The notes beneath the pieces were generated by a model, which did not search any database, had not been told where the DNA came from, and saw only the letters and a program-made list of their open reading frames with translations. 40,438 bases of DNA, from assembly GCA_964585325.1 (NCBI GenBank), contig CAZPCT010000005.1:1-40438 (forward strand), in the 5' to 3' direction. The translations under genes and the position numbers were made by a program. The first letter of the stretch is position 1. Each line of letters opens with the position of its first letter. Positions 7,589 through 15,142 of this stretch are shown piece after piece. This DNA is from an uncultured Candidatus Saccharibacteria bacterium. GTDB taxonomy: Bacteria; Patescibacteriota; Minisyncoccia; JACQLN01; CAZPCT01.

Positions 7589-9856
7589 ATGAATATTTCC
7601 TCCCGCACAATTAGGACGATGTCTCTTGCTCTTTTGACTGTGGTGGTAGTAGGTATTTTTGCCGTCCCTCAGCTTGCGGTGGCTCAGTCTGGTAGCTTTG
7701 GTGGCTCGGATATAGACGGTGATGGGATAACTGACAGCCGTGATAACTGCCCTTTTCAGAGCAATGGGCTTCAACAAGACAGTGACGAAGACGGGATAGG
7801 GGACGTATGTGACGAAGACCAAGGAGGCGATCCGGATGGGTCCACATTACTTACAGTTGACCGTGCTGCCGATGCAGTAAAAAACCTCCCGGCTCAGGTG
7901 ACGAACCTTGTTGCAGGCGCTTTGGCAAACGGCCCCATCGCAGATGCGGTTTTCAATGGCCTTGCGGCAATGATCTCGCTTCTTACTGCGTTTTTTGGCG
8001 TGTGGATTTTTGTGGGAGCCGTGCTACTCAACTGGGCGTTCTCGCTAGGGAGTCTCACTGGTTCCACGTTTGTGTTAACCGGGTGGTCTATTGCACGGGA
8101 CCTGGTAAATATGCTCTTTATTCTTATTTTGCTCCTTATTGCGTTTGCCACTATTCTCCGCTACCAAACGTATGGTATTAGGAACGTTCTTCCCCGCCTT
8201 ATTATTGTGGCGCTTCTTATAAACTTCTCTCTTTTGGGTGCGGGTATCATTATAGACATCGGGACCACACTTGGGCAGTACTTCACTACCGGCGGGGACC
8301 CAGCCATTGATGTGGGAATCAACATGATGGGTGCATTAGGAATTCAGCGAACATTCATACCGGAATGGTTTAAAGGAGAAAATGTTCCCGAATTTTTCCA
8401 AGGAGGGAAGGGGGGGTCCTTTCACGGGTGGGAGCTTTTTGCCTACGCGCTTTCTAATCTCTTCTTCGTTCTCATAACCACGTTCATCTTTCTTGCTATA
8501 GCCATTATTATGGTGGTGCGGGTGGTCTACCTTTGGATCCTTTTGGTATTTATGCCGTTCGCGCTTGCCGCGTGGATAGTGCCGGATCTGCGAAATTACT
8601 GGAAAAAGTGGTGGAGTCAGTTTGTGCAGTGGGCGTTTATCCCTGCGGCGCTCGGCTTTTTCATATATTTTGCGCTCTTGGTTGCGACCGGCTTTAATGA
8701 GTTCTTTCTAGCCAACGAACTTCGGTCTACCCCCAGTGCTGAGTTGGATCGTATTACTAACTTCTTTGGCTACGCCCCTCAGGTCCTCCTGCAATTTATG
8801 GCCGTTATTATCATTCTGCTTATGGGTCTCACACAATCAAAGAAAGCGGTGTTCGGCAGTGTAAAGTTCCTAGAAACGGCATCAAATGCAGCCACAAAAG
8901 CAGCAAAAGGATATGCTGGGAAGAAGGGGCGGCAAGCATGGGAGACGGGTGCCGACCGAGCCGTACACGATAAAGAAGGAAACAAGCGGGATTGGGCCGT
9001 TAAGCTTTCTAATGTTGCGGGCGCGCGTCACTTACTGCGTCCTGTGGTGGGGGCCGCAGAATCACATAGGGCAAATATTAAAAAACGTTCAAAGGAGCTG
9101 GGAAAGATGAGTCTCAGTTCTCGCTCTCTTTTGTATAAAACACAGGACGCTGAAGGAAAGGCGGCCACAGTTCATAGTTTTGGAGGTAAAGTTCCTACAT
9201 ATACCGAGGCTGATGATGAGGCTGGAAAAATTCCGACTGGAAAGAAGATTGGAGACTTTAACACTGAAAAGGTTCCAGGCATGACGGAGAAGGACTTTGA
9301 AGAACAGTTGGGCGCGCTCAAGGAGATTAACCTGGCAGATGACCTGCTTGAAGCTGCTCCTCAGTTTGCCAAACTTGTGGGGAAGAAGACGGCAGATGAG
9401 ATTGGTAAGGTTTTGGGCAAGATGGACATCAAGAAAGCGGGGGGCATTATCTCTTCCGCCTTCTACAATCCCGATGTCCAAGATCAGCTTTTTCGGCAGT
9501 TCCAGTCCACTGGTTCTTTAGACAAAGCGCACATGGCCGCTATGATGTCTAAAAACCCCAAGGCCATGCTTCACTTCTTAGAAACCAAGGGCCTTGTTTA
9601 TAAAAATACAGCAGATAATTTTGTACCGGCGGAGGAAGAAGTCTTTAACAACGAGCACATAAAGGCCTCTATCACCGAGTATGTGCACAGTTATATGGGA
9701 AAGAAGGTTCCTGGTGCGGGCTCTGGAGCCACGCGCACAGACGGCACTACATATGTTGGTGTTGAGCCTGAAGAAGGCGATGGAGACCGAGAGCCGCCCG
9801 AAGCGCCGGAGAAGTATGGTGAGCCTGTAGACGCCGAAGAAAGTGGGGACGAATAA
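7589..9856 (+). CDS. Operon ORF3: polytopic VirB6/TrbL-like channel protein with N-terminal thrombospondin type-3 Ca-binding repeats and a ~325-aa hydrophilic C-terminal tail
   Basis: Signal peptide ending AVAQ. DIDGDGITDSRDNCPFQSNGLQQDSDEDGIGDVCDED matches the TSP3 consensus DxDxDGxxDxxDNCPxxxNxxQxDxDxDGxGDxCD. About 7-8 hydrophobic helices between aa 110 and 430. The VirB6 assignment rests on topology and gene context only. Confidence 0.6.
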   Translation: MNISSRTIRTMSLALLTVVVVGIFAVPQLAVAQSGSFGGSDIDGDGITDSRDNCPFQSNGLQQDSDEDGIGDVCDEDQGGDPDGSTLLTVDRAADAVKNLPAQVTNLVAGALANGPIADAVFNGLAAMISLLTAFFGVWIFVGAVLLNWAFSLGSLTGSTFVLTGWSIARDLVNMLFILILLLIAFATILRYQTYGIRNVLPRLIIVALLINFSLLGAGIIIDIGTTLGQYFTTGGDPAIDVGINMMGALGIQRTFIPEWFKGENVPEFFQGGKGGSFHGWELFAYALSNLFFVLITTFIFLAIAIIMVVRVVYLWILLVFMPFALAAWIVPDLRNYWKKWWSQFVQWAFIPAALGFFIYFALLVATGFNEFFLANELRSTPSAELDRITNFFGYAPQVLLQFMAVIIILLMGLTQSKKAVFGSVKFLETASNAATKAAKGYAGKKGRQAWETGADRAVHDKEGNKRDWAVKLSNVAGARHLLRPVVGAAESHRANIKKRSKELGKMSLSSRSLLYKTQDAEGKAATVHSFGGKVPTYTEADDEAGKIPTGKKIGDFNTEKVPGMTEKDFEEQLGALKEINLADDLLEAAPQFAKLVGKKTADEIGKVLGKMDIKKAGGIISSAFYNPDVQDQLFRQFQSTGSLDKAHMAAMMSKNPKAMLHFLETKGLVYKNTADNFVPAEEEVFNNEHIKASITEYVHSYMGKKVPGAGSGATRTDGTTYVGVEPEEGDGDREPPEAPEKYGEPVDAEESGDE

Positions 9857-9876
9857 AACGTAAATCGTAACACATC

Positions 9877-10677
9877 GTGGTGAACACACAACTTCCATCC
9901 TGGGTCCAAGAAATGCCTGCCTCCGTAGAAAAGGAGGGGTGGGTGCGTTTTTATGCTCTTCCTGAGAGGTTGCGTGAGATGCTCTTTGATGTAGATATTG
10001 CCAACACAATGTGGCGGATAGGCCATCATACGTACGGGCTTCCGGCAAAAACAGTGAGTGCTGTGTCTGGAATAGCCGGGCTGGTAGTCCAGGGACAACT
10101 TCCGTTACAACAATTCGTTCCTCGTCTTATAGAAGAAGCGGGGCTTGACAGGAAAACTGCTCTGAGCGTGGCGCGGGACATTAATGAACAGATATTCCAG
10201 CCGGTGCGTGAGGAGCTGATGACCGTCCATGGGATTTCCCCGCAGGGAGAGGCGCGGGACCAGTCCGCTGAACCAGCAAACAGCCGGGCGGGGCAGATAG
10301 AAGCGAGGGAGCAGAACGCCCAACAAAAAGGTGGGGAGGAGGGGGCACAAAGAAAGCGGGATGAGTTGCTTGAGCGGTTGAAACAATCCCAAGAGGAACG
10401 GGGAGTAGATATATCCCCAGGGCCAGAGAATAAAAGCGAAGAGAGCAACTCTGGGGGGCAGAAAGGGGGTGGGGCGGCCGAGCCTAAAGCAACAACGGCG
10501 GCGTGGAACGGAAAGAAGATAGATCTCACCAAAATTCCTCCCCGCAGAGAGATGAATGGGAATGGGGACGGGAACCCCCTTGTTGCCGGGTCAAACGGCG
10601 AGATAAACGGTAGTGGCGAGAAAGAAAAGACTGTCCGTCTTAAAAAAGGTCCCGACGGTTATTGGTACGAGGTATAA
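9877..10677 (+). CDS. Operon ORF4: hypothetical soluble protein (helical N-terminal half, Gly/Glu/Lys/Asn-rich disordered C-terminal half)
   Basis: GTG start 20 nt after ORF3. It is the only operon ORF without a TM segment or signal peptide. Low-complexity tail: QQKGGEEGAQRKRDE...GGQKGGGAAEPK...NGNGDGNP. Confidence 0.55.
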   Translation: MVNTQLPSWVQEMPASVEKEGWVRFYALPERLREMLFDVDIANTMWRIGHHTYGLPAKTVSAVSGIAGLVVQGQLPLQQFVPRLIEEAGLDRKTALSVARDINEQIFQPVREELMTVHGISPQGEARDQSAEPANSRAGQIEAREQNAQQKGGEEGAQRKRDELLERLKQSQEERGVDISPGPENKSEESNSGGQKGGGAAEPKATTAAWNGKKIDLTKIPPRREMNGNGDGNPLVAGSNGEINGSGEKEKTVRLKKGPDGYWYEV

Positions 10678-10686
10678 TTAAAGTCC

Positions 10687-10968
10687 ATGCAGAATCAGTA
10701 TCAGGTGCCACAATTTATTGACATAGAGGACAAAGTGGTAGGCCCGCTCACCATTAAGCAATTCTTTATTATTGCCGCAGGCGTAGGCATTGCGGGCCTG
10801 TTGTTTATGGTGCTCCGCCTGGCGTTTGCCATAGTGCTTGGAGTTCCTCTCATTGCGTTTACCACATCACTCGCGCTGGTCAAGATGCATGGTATGCCGC
10901 TGTGGCGGTACATTGCCGCCGCTTTGAGCTTCTCTATTAGACCGCAGGAATATTTCTGGAAAAAATGA
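10687..10968 (+). CDS. Operon ORF5: PrgI-family (VirB3-like) small membrane protein
   Basis: 93 aa. N-terminal QVPQFIDIEDKVVGPLTIKQFF followed by two hydrophobic helices, the pattern I recall for the PrgI family. It sits directly upstream of VirB4, as in monoderm T4SSs. Confidence 0.7.
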   Translation: MQNQYQVPQFIDIEDKVVGPLTIKQFFIIAAGVGIAGLLFMVLRLAFAIVLGVPLIAFTTSLALVKMHGMPLWRYIAAALSFSIRPQEYFWKK

Positions 10969-11636
10969 TGCCACAGTCAACATCCACCCATCAATTCATA
11001 GATATTGAAGAGATCCGCGACGGGATCATAGTGACCAAGGAGAAAAACCTGCGGGCCGTGCTTATGGTCTCTTCCATTAACTTTGACCTTAAGTCTTCCG
11101 ACGAGCGGGAAGCACTCATCTACAACTTCCAGCGCCTGCTCAACTCTTTGCGGGATTACCCTATACAGATAGTGGTGCAGTCACGCCCTTTGGACTTGGC
11201 AGAATACTTTGTCTATCTACGGGAGTCCTTGGGCCAACAAGAGAACGAGCTGCTCAAAATACAGACCACCGAATACATACACTTTATTGAGGAGATGGTT
11301 GAGCTCTCAAATATTATGAATAAAATGTTCTATGTAGTAGTCCCATACAACTTAACGGTGGCGGAGAAGAAGGGGGTGTTGGGTAGATTTTTCAAAAAGA
11401 AAGGGGACGAGAAAGAGCAGCTTGAGATACACTTTGAAGAGGCGCGGAATGAGCTCATGCTACGCGTCACCCAAGTGGCCAGCCTGCTGGGCGAACTAGA
11501 CCTGCGGTCCATCCTTTTGGGCAATCGCGAGCTTATTGAGCTTTTTCATGGCTTGTACAACCCCGGCACAGCCTTGTCACAGGAAAATCTGGAACTTCTA
11601 ATTGCTACCGGAGACGAAGCAAAACAACCCGAATAA
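10965..11636 (+). CDS. Operon ORF6: VirB4 N-terminal-domain-like protein (N-terminal piece of a split VirB4)
   Basis: FIDIEEIRDGIIVTKEKNLRAVLMVSSINFDLKSSDEREALIYNFQRLLNSL..PIQIVVQS resembles the first ~100 aa of monoderm VirB4/TrsE/ConE-type ATPases. It ends at a TAA in the same reading frame as the next ORF. Confidence 0.6.
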   Translation: MMPQSTSTHQFIDIEEIRDGIIVTKEKNLRAVLMVSSINFDLKSSDEREALIYNFQRLLNSLRDYPIQIVVQSRPLDLAEYFVYLRESLGQQENELLKIQTTEYIHFIEEMVELSNIMNKMFYVVVPYNLTVAEKKGVLGRFFKKKGDEKEQLEIHFEEARNELMLRVTQVASLLGELDLRSILLGNRELIELFHGLYNPGTALSQENLELLIATGDEAKQPE

Positions 11637-11642
11637 ACACAC

Positions 11643-13409
11643 ATGAAACTTCCTTTTATAGACAAATCAAGTGACGAGGCGCCGGTGGAGAACGCACCGC
11701 TGATAGATCTTTTAGCTCCCCCCGCTCTCAAGCTTGACCCTTCATACGTACAGTTGGGAAACAAGCATCTACGCACACTCTTTGTGGCCGTCTACCCTCG
11801 CTACCTATCCGTCTCGTGGTTGGGGCCTGTGGTGAACCTGGACCGGCCCTTAGACATCTCACTACACATCACACCTATAGATACCGGGAAGATGCTTAAG
11901 AAATTTGAGAAAAAGGTGGCGCAGGTGGGAGCACAAATAAGTGAGAAGGCAGAGAAGGGATATGTTCGCGACCCGCTTTTAGAGACAGCTTATCAAGACG
12001 TTGAGGAGTTGCGGAACAGCCTCCAGCAAGGAACAGAGCACTTCTTTGAGGTGGGGCTCTACATCACGATCTACGCGGACAGTGCTAAGCAACTGGAAGA
12101 GGCGGAAAACGAGGTGACCACGCTTTTGGAGTCAAAACTGGTCTACGGAAAAACAGCGGTGTTCCAGCAAGAGCAGGGGTTCCGCTCAAGTCTCCCGTTG
12201 GGAGAAGACTTTTTAGATATTCGGTCCGGGCTCAACTCAGGGCCACTGTCTACACTCTTCCCGTTCGTGTCTGCCGATCTTACCTCAAACCGCGGCGTGC
12301 TGTACGGCATCAACAGGCACAACAACTCTCTTATTCTTTTTGACCGCTTCTCTTTGGAGAACGCCAATGCGGTCATTTTCGCAAAGTCTGGTGCGGGAAA
12401 AAGTTACAGTGTGAAACTTGAAGTGCTCCGCTCGCTTATGTTGGGGACGGATGTCATCATTGTTGACCCAGAAAACGAGTATAAGTACCTGACAGACGTG
12501 GTGGGGGGCTCATACATCAACATCTCTCTTTCTTCTTCGCACCACATTAACCCCTTTGATCTTCCTGACATAAGCGAGGAGGAGAGTGCGGAAGAAGCGC
12601 TCCGCTCGCACATCATACAGCTCACCGGTCTCATTAAGGTGATGTTGGGGAACCTCTCACCAGAAGAACAGTCCATCATAGACCGTGCACTCATAGAGAC
12701 ATACGCGCTCAGAGATATCACGCTTGAGTCTGGCTGGGAGGGAAAAGAACCGCCCCTCATGTCAGACCTGGCAGCGGTCCTTAAAAATATGGAAGGGGGC
12801 GAATCTCTTTCCACCCGCATTGAGCGCTTTGTAACAGGTTCGTTTGCGGGGTTCCTGAATAACCCCACGAACGTGGCGCTAGGAAACCAGCTGGTGACCT
12901 TTTCTATTAGGGACCTTGAGCCAGAACTTCGCCCAGTGGGCATGTTCCTTATGTTGCATTATGTATGGAACAGGATCAGGCGGGAGCTTAAGAAACGAAT
13001 ACTGGTAGTGGACGAAGCGTGGTGGATGATGCGTCATCCGGACGCTGCGGAATTCCTTTTTTCAATGGCAAAACGGGGGCGCAAGTACTACCTTGGACTC
13101 ACCACCATCACCCAAGATGTGGAGGACTTTATGAACAGCGAGTACGGGAGGCCAATTGTGACAAACTCCTCCTTGCAGCTGTTGCTACGGCAGTCCCCAG
13201 CGGCGATAGATGTGGTGCAGAAGACGTTCAACCTGACGGAGGAAGAGCGGTTCCTGCTTTTGGAGTCTAATGTGGGGGAGGGTATCTTCTTTGCGGGGCT
13301 CAAACGCGCCGCTATTAAGATTGTTGCCTCATACACGGAAGACCAGGTTATCACTTCTGACCCCGCGGAACTGTTGGAAATAGAGAAGGCTAAAAAAGAG
13401 ATTGTATAA
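11643..13409 (+). CDS. virB4: Operon ORF7: VirB4-family T4SS ATPase (C-terminal ATPase piece)
   Basis: LRTLFVAVYPRYLSVSWL segment, Walker A FAKSGAGKSYS, Walker B RILVVDEAWWMM, and LGLTTITQD (sensor-like). Length and gene order fit VirB4/TraE/PrgJ. Confidence 0.85.
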   Translation: MKLPFIDKSSDEAPVENAPLIDLLAPPALKLDPSYVQLGNKHLRTLFVAVYPRYLSVSWLGPVVNLDRPLDISLHITPIDTGKMLKKFEKKVAQVGAQISEKAEKGYVRDPLLETAYQDVEELRNSLQQGTEHFFEVGLYITIYADSAKQLEEAENEVTTLLESKLVYGKTAVFQQEQGFRSSLPLGEDFLDIRSGLNSGPLSTLFPFVSADLTSNRGVLYGINRHNNSLILFDRFSLENANAVIFAKSGAGKSYSVKLEVLRSLMLGTDVIIVDPENEYKYLTDVVGGSYINISLSSSHHINPFDLPDISEEESAEEALRSHIIQLTGLIKVMLGNLSPEEQSIIDRALIETYALRDITLESGWEGKEPPLMSDLAAVLKNMEGGESLSTRIERFVTGSFAGFLNNPTNVALGNQLVTFSIRDLEPELRPVGMFLMLHYVWNRIRRELKKRILVVDEAWWMMRHPDAAEFLFSMAKRGRKYYLGLTTITQDVEDFMNSEYGRPIVTNSSLQLLLRQSPAAIDVVQKTFNLTEEERFLLLESNVGEGIFFAGLKRAAIKIVASYTEDQVITSDPAELLEIEKAKKEIV

Positions 13410-13411
13410 AT

Positions 13412-14389
13412 ATGTCTGTGGCAACTGCATCAACCAGAACGCTTCCAAACCGCCCACCCGTGGTGCGTGAAACACATATGCCCGGCGAGGTTCCGCCCGT
13501 GGTGTCTGAGACGGGAAGAGACGCGGGGAAGAAAGAGGGTCATATAACGATGGTGGAGTTTGTGATAACACTATCACTTGCGCTCACCTTTGATTTAATA
13601 AGTTTTTTTGGCGGCCTTCTTGCAATTGCGTTTCTTGGCATTGATACTCACGCGCTCTCTTCAGTGGTTGAATTTTTCACGGGCGTGAATGTGGGCGCAG
13701 CTTTGGGGGCTTCTACTATTATTTTTCTTGGGAGTCTGAATATACTGGTCGCGCTAGGCTTCTTTACGTGGTACGCCATGAAAGGTTTGGGAGAAGAGGC
13801 CGCTATGTGGACAGGTGCATCTGCTCTTATTGAGTTCGTACCCGCTGTTCAAGCCCTGTTGTTCCAGAACGCTATTATGGTTTTCTTTATGCACAGACGA
13901 CATAGGGCGACTTTAGTGGAGGAGGTAATCAGTGCCGCAAGTGCCGCAGCAATTCTTGCCTCGGGCGGGGAGGCTGCTCCTGTTGTAGCGGGGGTAAGAG
14001 TCGTGGGGACAAAAGCCGCAAGCGCTGTTACCGTCAAAGGGGCAAGTGTGGTAGCGGGCAAGAAAGCCGCCGCAAGCGCTGCTGAAAAAACCGCGGTGCG
14101 TGGTGCCGCCACAGGCATTGCAGAAAAAGAAGCGGCGAGTAGTGCGGCAACACTGGGAACACCCGAAATGGTCGCGGGCCCCAGTCGCGCCCGCGCGTAC
14201 ACACAGAGCGCCAAGGACTACGCGACAGAAAATCTAAGTTCGGAGGCTCTGAAGAAGCGAGCTAAAGAAGAGATTAGGGAGCGGGTAAAACAAAAAAGTG
14301 TGGATGCGGTGGTGGACATCGGCTCTCATCTGCGTCGAGCTCCGCAAAATGAAGTGTATAATGAAGAGGAATCAGACGAGGCCGCATAA
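13412..14389 (+). CDS. Operon ORF8: hypothetical polytopic membrane protein with an Ala-rich C-terminal tail
   Basis: Three to four hydrophobic helices (VITLSLALTFDLISFFGGLLAIAFLGI; STIIFLGSLNILVALGFFTWYAM; ALIEFVPAVQALLFQNAIMVFFM), then an A/V/K/G-rich segment and an acidic end. Starts 2 nt after VirB4. Confidence 0.6.
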   Translation: MSVATASTRTLPNRPPVVRETHMPGEVPPVVSETGRDAGKKEGHITMVEFVITLSLALTFDLISFFGGLLAIAFLGIDTHALSSVVEFFTGVNVGAALGASTIIFLGSLNILVALGFFTWYAMKGLGEEAAMWTGASALIEFVPAVQALLFQNAIMVFFMHRRHRATLVEEVISAASAAAILASGGEAAPVVAGVRVVGTKAASAVTVKGASVVAGKKAAASAAEKTAVRGAATGIAEKEAASSAATLGTPEMVAGPSRARAYTQSAKDYATENLSSEALKKRAKEEIRERVKQKSVDAVVDIGSHLRRAPQNEVYNEEESDEAA

Positions 14390-14392
14390 AAC

Positions 14393-15142
14393 ATGAAACA
14401 CTTTGTATACATTTTAGTAGCCACCCTTGTTGCCTGGCCCATTGTCTCGCACGCTCAACTTGATGTCTTTACGCCTCTCTTCCAACAAAACACGTCCACT
14501 ACACGAAACGACTTTCCTCTTGACCTGGTGTGGAAAGCGCACACCAACACACCCGCGTTCTATGAAGGAAAGCCGCTTCCTACTAACGGCAGCCTGGTAA
14601 GCGTGGTGGCGCTGACCCCCACACAGAACACTGGCACGCTCACGTTCTTCTGGGAGACAGACGGTGTTTCGCTTGGCAGCCAGGGGACGGAGCTTGAAGG
14701 AAGAGGTGAAGATGTGTTTACGTTCATCACAAACCCTGTCATTCTCCGTCCACGACACACAGTGAGTGTCACGGCACAAAACCTTGCAACCGGCCACGTT
14801 TCCTCCGCAACGGTGGTGATTCCCGTACAAGACACGGAGGTAAAGGCCTATCTTATGAGTAGAGATACAGGTATTTTTTCTCAACATATTGACCGGTTGA
14901 ACGTGGCGCCCGGAAGCACACTTACGCTCCTTGCCGCACCATTTTATTTTGCAGAGCCCACGAGCGAGTTGGTGTTTTCCTGGACGTTCGGTAGAAAGCC
15001 CGTCTTTAACACTGGGAGCCCCGCGCTTCTAGATGTCTTTATCAACCCTGCAAGTGGCCGTGGCAGCCAAGACGCTCGGGTGGACGTGCGCGGTTCCCGT
15101 TCCCAGGCAAGTACTCATACCACCATCACCGTCTCACCATGA
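14393..15142 (+). CDS. Operon ORF9: hypothetical secreted protein, apparently two tandem beta-sandwich-like modules
   Basis: Signal peptide MKHFVYILVATLVAWPIVSHA. Two ~100-aa segments with similar patterns (GTLTFFWETDGVSLG.. and SELVFSWTFGRKPVF..). No known motif. Confidence 0.6.
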   Translation: MKHFVYILVATLVAWPIVSHAQLDVFTPLFQQNTSTTRNDFPLDLVWKAHTNTPAFYEGKPLPTNGSLVSVVALTPTQNTGTLTFFWETDGVSLGSQGTELEGRGEDVFTFITNPVILRPRHTVSVTAQNLATGHVSSATVVIPVQDTEVKAYLMSRDTGIFSQHIDRLNVAPGSTLTLLAAPFYFAEPTSELVFSWTFGRKPVFNTGSPALLDVFINPASGRGSQDARVDVRGSRSQASTHTTITVSP

